Of a stretch of 64,000 bases of DNA, positions 29,101-36,857 are shown piece by piece. Position numbers and translations under genes: made by a program. Source of the DNA: Chitinophagales bacterium (lineage in GTDB: Bacteria > Bacteroidota > Bacteroidia > Chitinophagales > Chitinophagaceae); NCBI GenBank assembly GCA_026931325.1, contig JAIXLO010000129.1:19685-83684 (forward strand), read 5' to 3'. The notes under the pieces were generated by a model. It was not told where the DNA came from and searched no databases. It saw only the letters and a list, made by a program, of their open reading frames with translations. Position 1 is the first letter of the stretch, and every line of letters starts with the position of its first letter.

Positions 29101-30114
29101 ACAGCTAATAATTATGTATTTGTTGGTAATCCTTACCCAAGTGCCATAAGCTTTAATGCTTTACAAACTACTAATGCTGCAAATATTGCTAATAATTATG
29201 CAATATATATACCAAGCAATAATGCAGGTATTTATACCTATTGGGATGGAACATCTCAAAGTTTTACAGGAGGTAATGGTTATGATGATTTAACAGGTAA
29301 TGAAATTGTAAGTGGACAAGCATTCTTTGTACAATCAATTCATGCAAGTAATCTTACATTACAATTTACAGAAGACCAAAAAACAAGTACAACAAATACT
29401 GGTTACTTTAAACCACAAACTATTAACGAAAAAATTAAGATTAGCTATTTACAGAACAACACAAAAGTAGATGAAGCTATCATACGTTTTGTAGATGATG
29501 AAAACATTAGTAACACTGCTATAAATAGTTTAGATATTCCATCAATGAATACAGGAACTTTTATTAGTAGTAAAAAAGGAAATAAAGGATTAGTAATACA
29601 AACAAGAAATGCAAATAATATAAATAATGAAGAAGTTTGGTTAAATGTAGAAGCTACAACAAGTGGTGTATATCAGTTAAGCTTTAGTGAGTTTGAAAAT
29701 TTTGCAAATACAGCCATTTACTTAACAGACCACTATACCAATACAACACAAAATATTCAACAAAATACACAATACGAATTTAGTATTGATAAAAATGTTG
29801 CAGCAACAAAAGGTTCAAACAGATTTAGCATAATCTTTAATAGAAAAATACAACCAACTTATGTAAGCAATATTATTAAGTTGTATCCTAACCCAGCTAA
29901 TAAACAAGTAACTATTGAGTTGCCACAAACATTGGATAATGCAGTAAGTTATCAAATTAGAGTAACAGATATTGCAGGTAAAATTGTTATGGAGCAAAAA
30001 CAATCAAGTGGCACACATCAATTAAGTTTAGATAAATTAACAACAGGCACTTACTTAATAGAAATAACTGATAGTAAAGGAAATAAAACAACAGAAAAAT
30101 TAGTGAAGCAATAA
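23134..30114 (+). CDS. giant (2326 aa) T9SS-secreted cell-surface protein / putative adhesin
   Basis: Signal peptide. A Listeria-Bacteroides (InlB B-repeat type) repeat, YKITYNANGSTGGSVP...GYSFSGWNTKADGTGTDY...ILYAKW. Several Ig/FN3-like Thr/Ser-rich modules. Two homologous large modules (around VERYISASGNRAYRMLTPTV and VERFIPAKATRKWSFITSPV). C-terminal T9SS sorting domain (KLYPNPANKQVTIEL...GTYLIEITDSKGNKTTEKLVKQ). Confidence 0.9.
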   Translation: MRLKKYNFFYKLFFIACFFTTTFFTQNAWGQNYKLVTSTSDLTTGQGYIITSGSSGTVNILGYQNTNNRPRSGTATVSSSVITGLTIATLNSHTTKPFELILGTALKSGTSYYTLYDNVNSGYLYAASNSKNYLRTQGTLDDNGKWAITFPGSDVASIVAQGTNTRNIMKYNSSNSLFSCYNSGQNAVYLFRKAYKITYNANGSTGGSVPTDDSYYFSTETVTAKGNTGSLVKTGYSFSGWNTKADGTGTDYAAGSGTFTTSQDTILYAKWTASGSTPPTLTAAPSATVDSAFDVTFTDDAAWRGAITGITIGGTSLTAGYSVSSGKITFTPSASNPSGLLQTSGTKSIVVQATGYTDATVSQTIGFGAANKLGITTQPVGHATVNNTTLATQPVVVVQDQYGNTVTSSSANITATVGAGTWSIGGTTTVAASSGIVTFTNLTANNTSGADINNSATIDFASSGLTGVTSSTFSIPILYAEPSENPTTSAVRNAGSPTSSIDVSWTSVTADGYVVMRRQAAQPTGTPSDGTSYTVGTDIGDSKVVYVGTGTSFTDVSLSAGTEYRYRVYAYNGSGAGTYNYKTSPLPDTGAAYTLSTEPSAHAASFTATANSATNIDLAFSAASTLPANGYLILRKSSAFVAGDYPTDGTAPTQGSAVGSNGAVVNSIITSDATTTSSYTASADETWYFLLVPFNWDGTNGATRNYYTGATIPEANTTTTSGASDVVAVASSSPASISSLINDAAPLTSSTGVQVWQITIRDGGSGMNDADALPTKVSAITFTAGNGNSVSSWSTSVKTAALFDGATLLATATISGNSFVFSGLSISVADNSSKTLSLRISLNETLGASDDGKDFQFQLSNTNITSVNDGTSSGITNFSAITTVNNTENVIDVVATKLVYSQQPSNVVASTNISPAVKVKATDANGNLDLGFTNSVSITASASVLTGSPVSVTASAGEATFSSLQLSVPASNVTLTAAATGLTSATSNNFNVTLAIETLALWTFETSVPTTAGPHTAEGGINGGKATNPHSSGGVTYSNFVGNGSTESFSSDKWSAGDYYQFTTSTSGYEDIFLTIHQTSSNSGPKNFKVQYSTDGSSFTDLSGGSYVLTYDSWSSSGSPKTESIYSFDLSSISSLDNKDSIYIRLTQVGTTSVNGGTVATGGTNRVDNVTITGYPMTYTWTGSGGDNKWTTTSNWDCNCGKAPSSNHVVIIPNGSNVILDTNYSAKLLTLQATSTLKIAPLKTLTVAGIVNFNNQSVTIQSNATGTGSIGKITGSLNDATNVTVERYISASGNRAYRMLTPTVNTSTSIKANWMEGVNNTDVSTNSSPNAGYGTHITGAGGATNGFDPTQNNQASLFTLSSGAWIAASNTSGTLDAKTGYLLFVRGNRDNINTINTATGSSNTTLRATGTLLTGTQTFSSLPASSFSLVTNPYVSAIDWGSIYTANSSDFENFVTIWDPNIGTRGGYVSIQNDGTKSVASVLTKSIQSGQAFFVKTKTGGTKTLTITENNKDSGNNNLDAYRSGNIAEQLSIMLQFTANSKNILADGVLARFSNNYENIVDEDDAVQMTNMDEDIYLMRENKKLSIESRSSIATADTLFIRIQNLKPAQANYRWIIAPENFASIKLQAHLQDNYTNTSKPISLSDTTIIAFSVNNDAASKAIDRFRIVFSERQTYYSKANNLNAEDLNSWSNTKDGTGLTPPSFDNGSLFVIQQGHKLNLNSSLSFPQSNIQIEENAGINNTGNLYIGNDIENNGSIIGTGITELNGTTKQTISGVGKISNLKLNNTLGANIDVESKVFVLESYIPTAGILNTNGNLVLVSNETTTARITTGAASGNYLRGNVIVERFIPAKATRKWSFITSPVTQSITNSWQQQIHITGSGNGGSVCPTPIPHTNGFDATVTNAPSIYTYDASKNSGQRWIALNSTITENLTAGKGFRVNIRGDRNLGCSLLDGSVQNVSSVVLQSTGLVNIESKNAGNFGITYPNTTANNYVFVGNPYPSAISFNALQTTNAANIANNYAIYIPSNNAGIYTYWDGTSQSFTGGNGYDDLTGNEIVSGQAFFVQSIHASNLTLQFTEDQKTSTTNTGYFKPQTINEKIKISYLQNNTKVDEAIIRFVDDENISNTAINSLDIPSMNTGTFISSKKGNKGLVIQTRNANNINNEEVWLNVEATTSGVYQLSFSEFENFANTAIYLTDHYTNTTQNIQQNTQYEFSIDKNVAATKGSNRFSIIFNRKIQPTYVSNIIKLYPNPANKQVTIELPQTLDNAVSYQIRVTDIAGKIVMEQKQSSGTHQLSLDKLTTGTYLIEITDSKGNKTTEKLVKQ

Positions 30115-30211
30115 GAAAATTGTTAAGATGTTATAATAGAAGACAAAAAACAGAAAATAAAAAACAAACAACAAAGTAAAATAGATTAAATAAAAAACAT
30201 AGTTCGTACTG

Positions 30212-30598
30212 ATGAAAATGAAGATAGTGAAAACAGCCAACATTGTATTTATAGTTTTATTATTAATAATAACTAAAGAAGTACAAAGTCAAAGAGCATT
30301 AAATAGTGAAATATTTGGTTCATCGCCAATAGAGTCAAATGGAATTGGACCAAGTTTGATAGATCCTAATTGGGGAGCATTGCCAAGTAGTCAATATGAT
30401 ATAATATCTAATAATAATGATGGGCAGAATATAGATAATAGTGAAAATATAGAAGGAGAAGTAAGTGCAGATGCAGATGATGAGCCACCACCACCACCAG
30501 ATGACCCTCAAGATATTCCATTAGATGGAGGTACTTCAATACTATTACTACTTGCAGCAGGATTAGAATATAAAAGAAGGGTAAAAAGTAAAAAGTAA
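30212..30598 (+). CDS. small secreted acidic protein with PEP-CTERM-like tail (motif + TM + basic cluster)
   Basis: 128 aa. Signal peptide, Asp/Asn/Glu-rich middle, PPPPP, then DIPLDGG-TSILLLLAAGL-EYKRRVKSKK. No terminator separates it from the giant gene. Confidence 0.7.
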   Translation: MKMKIVKTANIVFIVLLLIITKEVQSQRALNSEIFGSSPIESNGIGPSLIDPNWGALPSSQYDIISNNNDGQNIDNSENIEGEVSADADDEPPPPPDDPQDIPLDGGTSILLLLAAGLEYKRRVKSKK

Positions 30599-30655
30599 AA
30601 ACTAAAATCTAAAAACTAAAATCTAAAAACTAAATCCGAAACCCGAAAAACTAAT
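30597..30655 (+). repeat. low-complexity tandem repeats homologous to 22957..23016
   Basis: AAAAACTAAAATCT x2, then AAAAACTAAATCCGAAACCCGAAAAA. About 36 of 38 identical to the upstream copy, in the same orientation. Confidence 0.85.
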
Positions 30656-30680
30656 TTATATTCCTAATACAAAATTTGGG

Positions 30681-30972
30681 TTCAATAACATTAGCTTCAT
30701 TAGATTGCTTCGGGCTAAAGCCCTCGCAAAGACGAAAAGAATGGCGTTCAAGCTCTCAGTCAGTAACGAAATAATCCTTCACATCGTCATTGCGAGTCAA
30801 AGGCGAAGCAATCCATTATCCAATCATTACGAGTCATAGACGAAGCAATCTTCAATAACATTAGCTTCATTAGATTGCTTCTGGCAAAAGCCCTCGCAAA
30901 GACGATAAAGAAAAGCAGAGAATTTAACCACAGAGAACACAAAGGAAATTATATCTCTGTGTCCTTTGTGGT
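30681..30972. repeat. cluster of REP-like palindromic elements
   Basis: TTCAATAACATTAGCTTCATTAGATTGCTTC occurs twice (30681, 30851). Left arms are CGTCATTGCGAGTCAAAGGCGAAGCAATCC and AATCATTACGAGTCATAGACGAAGCAATCT. A further CACAGAGA/TCTCTGTG and ACACAAAGGA/TCCTTTGTGG element lies at 30928..30972. Confidence 0.8.
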
Positions 30973-31079
30973 AAAAAATTGCTCAATAAATAAAATTTCA
31001 GATTTTCAGTTAGTTCATTGATTAATTTAGTTATTTCACTCAACTAAATTTATTTTAGACAAGCTCAGACAAACAATAA

Positions 31080-31955
31080 TTATTTTGCTGCTAATAAATT
31101 ATTAATACATTTTTTTAAACTGTCTTCCCAATTATTTATTACAATACCAAAATCATTGGTTATAGCAGAAGTATCCATTACAGAATAAGAAGGTCTTTTT
31201 GCAGGCGTAGGAAATGCAGTGGAAGGAATAGGATTTACAATACAATTTAATTGTGCAAATGTTTTAATAGTTGATGCAAATTGATACCAAGAAATATTTC
31301 CTGTATTAGAAAAATGATAAATACCCTTGTGTTTATTATCATCATATTGACTAATCATTCTCATAATTGCATCAGCTAAATCTGGTGCATAAGTAGGACA
31401 ACCAATTTGATCGTTTACTATATTAATTTCTGTTCTTTCTTTCATTAAACGAAGCATGGTTTTTACAAAATTATTTCCATGCTCACAATACACCCAAGAT
31501 GTTCTGATAACAATAGTTTCAGCATTATTTTCTAATGCTAATTTTTCGCCAAGCCATTTTGTATAACCATAATAATTTATTGGCTTTGTAGGATAATTAG
31601 TTGTATAAGGAGAGGTGTCATTTCCATCAAAAACATAATCTGTAGAAATGGTTATAAACAAAGCTCCAATAGCAGCACAAGCTTTAGCCATTTTACCAAC
31701 TGATGTTGCATTAATATTTAGTGCAAGTTCTTGTTCAGTTTCAGCTTTATCAACTGCTGTATATGCAGCACAATTAATAAAAAATGTTGGTTTGTGTTGT
31801 TGAATAAATGCTTCAATAGTTTCAGGTTTTGATAAATCTAATTGCTCTCTTGTAACAAATAAAAACTGATACTGAAGATAATTATTTGATAGTTGTTGCA
31901 AACTCCATCCTAATTGTCCATTAGCACCTGTAACTATAACAATAGGTTTGTTCAT
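31080..31955 (-). CDS. rfbD: dTDP-4-dehydrorhamnose reductase
   Basis: 291 aa. VTGANGQLG, AAYTAVDKAE and STDYVFDG motifs. Confidence 0.85.
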   Translation of the reverse strand: MNKPIVIVTGANGQLGWSLQQLSNNYLQYQFLFVTREQLDLSKPETIEAFIQQHKPTFFINCAAYTAVDKAETEQELALNINATSVGKMAKACAAIGALFITISTDYVFDGNDTSPYTTNYPTKPINYYGYTKWLGEKLALENNAETIVIRTSWVYCEHGNNFVKTMLRLMKERTEINIVNDQIGCPTYAPDLADAIMRMISQYDDNKHKGIYHFSNTGNISWYQFASTIKTFAQLNCIVNPIPSTAFPTPAKRPSYSVMDTSAITNDFGIVINNWEDSLKKCINNLLAAK

Positions 31956-32007
31956 AATTCATTAAAGCAAAGTATTGAAGAATATTTTTTAAGTAATTCA
32001 ATAAAAA

Positions 32008-32988
32008 TTATTTTCTACTTTCAAACTCTTTAGGTTGTTTTACCAATTCTTCTTTGGGCAATGATTTAAAATAATCGTATGTTATTTTTAAGCCTTCTGC
32101 TCTATCTACTTTTGGCTGCCAACCTAAAATTTGTTTTGCTTTTGTTATATCTGGTCTTCTTTGTTTAGGGTCATCTGTTGGTAAAGGTTTGTAAGTAATT
32201 TTTACAGATGAGCCTGTAAGTTTCAATACTTCTTCAGCAAAATCTTTTAAAGAAATTTCATTAGGATTTCCAATGTTTACAGGCAAATGATAATCACTTA
32301 ACAATAAACGATAAATACCTTCTATCAAATCATCTACATAACAAAAACTTCTTGTTTGGCTACCATCGCCAAAAACTGTTAAATCTTCACCACGTAAAGC
32401 CTGGCCAATAAATGCTGGTAATGCTCTTCCATCATTTAGCCTCATTCTTGGTCCATAAGTATTGAATATTCTTACAATTCTTGTTTCTACTCCATGAAAA
32501 TTATGATAAGCCATTGTAATACTTTCTAAATATCTTTTAGCTTCATCATATACACCTCTTGGACCCACAGGGTTTACATTGCCCCAATATTCTTCTGTTT
32601 GAGGATGCACTAAAGGATCGCCATAAATTTCACTGGTGCTGGCAACTAATATTCTTGCTTTTTTTTCTTTTGCTAAACCTAAACAATTATGAGTACCATG
32701 TGCCCCTACTTTTAATGTTTGAATAGGAATTTTTAAATAATCTATTGGACTTGCAGGCGATGCAAAATGTAAAATATAATCTAACTTACCAGGGATATGA
32801 ATATACTTGGTAACATCATGATTATAAAATTCAAAATTCTCTAAAGGAAAAAGGTGTTCAATGTTTTTTAAATCTCCTGTTATAAGATTATCCATGCCTA
32901 TTACATGATAGCCTTCTTTTATAAACCTATCGCATAAATGCGAACCTAAAAAACCTGCTGCACCTGTAATTAAAATTCTCTTATTCAT
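32008..32988 (-). CDS. UDP-glucuronate decarboxylase (UDP-xylose synthase-like SDR)
   Basis: 326 aa. [21 protein letters not shown] (YxxxK), and [10 protein letters not shown] typical of UXS. Confidence 0.8.
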   Translation of the reverse strand: MNKRILITGAAGFLGSHLCDRFIKEGYHVIGMDNLITGDLKNIEHLFPLENFEFYNHDVTKYIHIPGKLDYILHFASPASPIDYLKIPIQTLKVGAHGTHNCLGLAKEKKARILVASTSEIYGDPLVHPQTEEYWGNVNPVGPRGVYDEAKRYLESITMAYHNFHGVETRIVRIFNTYGPRMRLNDGRALPAFIGQALRGEDLTVFGDGSQTRSFCYVDDLIEGIYRLLLSDYHLPVNIGNPNEISLKDFAEEVLKLTGSSVKITYKPLPTDDPKQRRPDITKAKQILGWQPKVDRAEGLKITYDYFKSLPKEELVKQPKEFESRK

Positions 32989-33020
32989 TTAGCACTAAAA
33001 ATTAAACATTAAAAATTATG

Positions 33021-34322
33021 TTATGGTCTTCCTACACTTTCATAATGATAACCCATTTCTTTCATTTGCTGTACTTCAAATAAATTTCTACCATCAAAAA
33101 TGGTTTTGTTTTTTAATGAAGAATTTATTTTGTCAAAATCAGGTGTTCTAAATTCACTCCATTCTGTAGCAATAATTAAAGCATCAGCATTGGCTAAAGC
33201 ATCGTACTGATTGTCTGCATAATTAATTTTATTACCAATAGTATTTTTTACATTAGTCATTGCTTCAGGGTCAAAAGCTGTAATTGTTGCACCTGCTGCT
33301 GTTAAAGCATCTATAACATATAATGCTGGAGCTTCACGTATATCATCAGTATTTGGTTTAAATGCTAAGCCCCATAATGCAAAATGTTTTCCTTTTAAAT
33401 CATTATTAAAATAGGCTTTTATTTTTGGTATAAGATGTAGCTTTTGAGCTTCATTAACTTCTTCTACTGCTTTTAAAATTTGAAAATCATAATTCACTTC
33501 TTCAGAAGATTTTATTAATGCTTGTACATCTTTAGGAAAACAACTTCCACCATAACCAATACCTGGGAATAAAAATCTTTTGCCAATTCTATCATCACTG
33601 CCAATACCTCTTCTTACCATGTCCACATCAGCACCTAAACGTTCACAGAGTTGTGCTATTTCGTTCATAAAAGAAATCTTAGTTGCTAAAAAAGAGTTGG
33701 CTGCATATTTAGTAAGCTCTGCACTTTTTTCATCCATATAAATTATTGGATTTCCTTGACGAACATAAGGTGCATATAAATCTCCCATTAATTTTTTTGC
33801 TCTTTCAGATGAAGTTCCAATAACCACTCTATCAGGTTTCATAAAATCATCTACTGCAACACCTTCACGTAAAAACTCAGGATTGCTAACTACATCAAAA
33901 TCTACTTTAGCATTTTCAGCAATTGCTGCACGAACTTTTTCTGCTGTACCTACAGGCACTGTACTTTTATCTACAATTACTTTATAGTCGGTAATAATTT
34001 TTCCTAAATCTTTTGCTACGCCTAAAACATATTTTAAATCTGCACTTCCATCTTCACCTGGCGGTGTAGGTAATGCAAGAAAAATAATAGCAGCATCTTT
34101 TACACCTTCTGCTAAATTGGTAGTAAATTTTAAACGACCTTCTTTTACATTTCTTAAAAAAAGCTTTTCAAGTCCGGGTTCATAAATGGTAATTTCTCCA
34201 TTAGATAGTTTAGTTACTTTTCTTTGGTCTATATCAATACAAGTAACAGTATTTCCTGTTTCTGCAAAACAAGTACCTGATACCAAACCAACATATCCTG
34301 TTCCTACAACTGCTATTTTCAT
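33021..34322 (-). CDS. ugd: UDP-glucose 6-dehydrogenase
   Basis: 433 aa. VVGTGYVGLV and the catalytic GGSCFPKD motif. Confidence 0.9.
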   Translation of the reverse strand: MKIAVVGTGYVGLVSGTCFAETGNTVTCIDIDQRKVTKLSNGEITIYEPGLEKLFLRNVKEGRLKFTTNLAEGVKDAAIIFLALPTPPGEDGSADLKYVLGVAKDLGKIITDYKVIVDKSTVPVGTAEKVRAAIAENAKVDFDVVSNPEFLREGVAVDDFMKPDRVVIGTSSERAKKLMGDLYAPYVRQGNPIIYMDEKSAELTKYAANSFLATKISFMNEIAQLCERLGADVDMVRRGIGSDDRIGKRFLFPGIGYGGSCFPKDVQALIKSSEEVNYDFQILKAVEEVNEAQKLHLIPKIKAYFNNDLKGKHFALWGLAFKPNTDDIREAPALYVIDALTAAGATITAFDPEAMTNVKNTIGNKINYADNQYDALANADALIIATEWSEFRTPDFDKINSSLKNKTIFDGRNLFEVQQMKEMGYHYESVGRP

Positions 34323-34346
34323 AATATCCTTTTAATTTTTAGTTTT

Positions 34347-35477
34347 TTATTGATTAATAAAATTCAATACTTCTGTTGTTATATAATTTAATTGTTCTTC
34401 TTCTAACTCTGTGTGCATTGGTAAACTAATTACTCTTTCAGTTAGCCAATCTGTTATTTCTAAATGATAATTTCCAGCACCAAAATTGTTAAAGACTTTT
34501 TGTTTGTGTGCAGGCAATGGATAATAAATCATAGAAGGAATTTTCTTTTCTGCTAAATAATTATGTAATGCATCTCGGTTTACTCCTTCTAAAATTAGTG
34601 TGTATTGATGATATACATGTGAGCAATAAGGAGCTACATAAGGTGTGGTAATTTTTGGATGATTAGCAAATGCTTTGTTATAAAAATTAGCAGCATTTTG
34701 TCTTGCAGCAATGTACTCATCTAAATGTTTAAGTTTTACTAGTAAAATGGCTGCTTGTATAGCATCTAATCTTGAATTGCAACCAACCATATCATGGTAA
34801 TAACGAACTTTTTGACCATGATTTGCAATCATCTTTAATTTTTCTGCAAGTGTTGCATCGTTGGTAAACATTGCACCTCCATCGCCATAAGCTCCTAAAT
34901 TTTTGCTTGGATAAAAAGAAGTGCAACCTATATGTCCAATAGTGGCTGTTTTCTTTACTGTTCCATTTTTAAAAGCATAATTACAACCAATGGCTTGTGC
35001 ATTATCTTCTACTACAAACAAATTATGCTCCTCTGCTATTTGCATAATTTCTTCCATTGGTGCAGCATGACCATATAAATGAACTGGCACAATAGCTTTT
35101 GTTTTTGGTGTAATAGCTTTTCTTACTGCATCGGGGTTGATACAAAACGTTTTAGGGTCAACTTCAACAAAAACAGGTTTTAATTTTAGTAAAGCAATAA
35201 CTTCTGTTGTAGCAATATAAGTAAATGATGGAGTAATTACTTCATCGCCAGGTTGTAAGTCTAATGCCATTAGAGCTATTTGTAAAGCATCTGTACCATT
35301 ACCACAAGTTATGGTAAAACCACTTTTATGATAGTTGTTTAAATCTTCTGTAAAAGAAGCAACTTTTTGTCCACCTATATAAGCAGCACTATCTAAAACT
35401 TCTTGTATTCCTTTATCAACTTCATTCTTAATTTTTAGATACTGTGTTTTAGTATCAACCATTTGAATAGGCTTCAT
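34347..35477 (-). CDS. DegT/DnrJ/EryC1/StrS-family PLP-dependent sugar aminotransferase
   Basis: 376 aa. SFYPSKNLGAYGDGG contains the PLP lysine motif. Confidence 0.85.
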   Translation of the reverse strand: MKPIQMVDTKTQYLKIKNEVDKGIQEVLDSAAYIGGQKVASFTEDLNNYHKSGFTITCGNGTDALQIALMALDLQPGDEVITPSFTYIATTEVIALLKLKPVFVEVDPKTFCINPDAVRKAITPKTKAIVPVHLYGHAAPMEEIMQIAEEHNLFVVEDNAQAIGCNYAFKNGTVKKTATIGHIGCTSFYPSKNLGAYGDGGAMFTNDATLAEKLKMIANHGQKVRYYHDMVGCNSRLDAIQAAILLVKLKHLDEYIAARQNAANFYNKAFANHPKITTPYVAPYCSHVYHQYTLILEGVNRDALHNYLAEKKIPSMIYYPLPAHKQKVFNNFGAGNYHLEITDWLTERVISLPMHTELEEEQLNYITTEVLNFINQ

Positions 35478-35603
35478 ATATTATTTTTAAACGGCAGCAA
35501 AGGTATTAGAAAAATAATAAATTTTTAAAGGAAATTGAATAATTTAAAGCAGTTTTTATATTGCTTGTACTGTATTTTCGTTAAATAATAAACTAGTTGC
35601 TAC

Positions 35604-36857
35604 TTGAAACTTTTTTACAACATATTTATTAAGCTATACCCTTTTGTTGCAAAACTAATTAGTGCTAAAAATACAAAAGCAAAACTTTGGATTGAAGGAA
35701 GAAAAAATATTTTTGAGCAACTACAAGAATCATTAAAAAATAATAAACAAAATATTGTATGGATGCACTGTTCCAGTTTAGGTGAATTTGAACAAGGTAG
35801 AACCGTTTTAGAAAAACTAAAATTATTATATCCTAACTACAAATTTTTACTAACCTTTTTTTCTCCATCTGGTTTTGAAGTGCAAAAAAAATATCCTCAT
35901 GCAGATTGGATATATTATTTACCAATGGATTCTGCTAACAATGCAAAAGAGTTTTTAGATATTGTAAATCCTGTTTTGGTTTTATTTATTAAGTATGAGT
36001 ATTGGTATTATTATTTAACTGAAATCAAAAAAAGAAAAATTTCTTTATTACTTGTTTCAGGAATTTTTAGAGAAGGACAACCTTTTTTTAAATGGTATGG
36101 AGGCTTGTATAGAGAAATGCTGCAATGCTTTACTCATGTATTTGTACAAGATGATAATTGTTTATCGTTATTAAGAAATATTGGCTTCACAAAAAATGTT
36201 TCTATCAGTGGAGATACAAGATTTGACAGAGTACTTGAAATTGCTAATATGTTTGAACCAATAACTATTATAGAAAAATTTATTGATAATAGTAAAGTTA
36301 TTGTTGCTGGTAGTACTTGGTTTGATGATGATGAAGTACTTGCACATTATGCCAATTTGCATACAGAAATAAAATTTATTATTGCTCCTCATGAAATAGA
36401 AAAAGAAAGATTGAATGAGTGTTTAACAATGTATAAGAATTCAATACTTTTTTCTAAATGGCAACAAGCTACAGAGCCTGTAAATGCTAATGTTTTAATA
36501 ATTGATAATGTTGGCATACTTAGCAAACTTTATAAATATGCAACTATTTGTTATGTAGGCGGAGGCTTTGGTGATGATGGCGTTCACAATGTTTTAGAAG
36601 CAGCAGTTTATAAAAAGCCTGTTTTGTTTGGACCAGAATTTTCTAAATATAGAGAGGCTGTAGAGTTGATTGATGCTAAGGGAAGTTTTAGTATTCAATC
36701 TGCATTAGAATTAGAAAAAATATTCAATCAACTTTTTGATGATAAAAATTTATATGAAACAACTGCAAATAATGCAGCAAAATATGTAGCTAATAAAAGT
36801 GGAGCAACAACAACAGTTGTTGAATATATTTATGAAAAACGCCTTTTAACTAATTGA
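35604..36857 (+). CDS. waaA: 3-deoxy-D-manno-octulosonic acid (Kdo) transferase
   Basis: 417 aa, TTG start per the track. WMHCSSLGEFEQGRTVLEKLK matches the WaaA N-terminal signature. Confidence 0.8.
   Translation: MKLFYNIFIKLYPFVAKLISAKNTKAKLWIEGRKNIFEQLQESLKNNKQNIVWMHCSSLGEFEQGRTVLEKLKLLYPNYKFLLTFFSPSGFEVQKKYPHADWIYYLPMDSANNAKEFLDIVNPVLVLFIKYEYWYYYLTEIKKRKISLLLVSGIFREGQPFFKWYGGLYREMLQCFTHVFVQDDNCLSLLRNIGFTKNVSISGDTRFDRVLEIANMFEPITIIEKFIDNSKVIVAGSTWFDDDEVLAHYANLHTEIKFIIAPHEIEKERLNECLTMYKNSILFSKWQQATEPVNANVLIIDNVGILSKLYKYATICYVGGGFGDDGVHNVLEAAVYKKPVLFGPEFSKYREAVELIDAKGSFSIQSALELEKIFNQLFDDKNLYETTANNAAKYVANKSGATTTVVEYIYEKRLLTN

Noticed and set aside
23680-30003. About a dozen 60-110-aa ORFs on both strands within 23134..30114 (for example 23680..23922, 24770..24988, 25218..25496, 28161..28496).
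   Set aside because: All are nested in the single 2326-aa frame, which has coherent domain repeats and a T9SS CTD. Their translations are low-complexity shadow frames.
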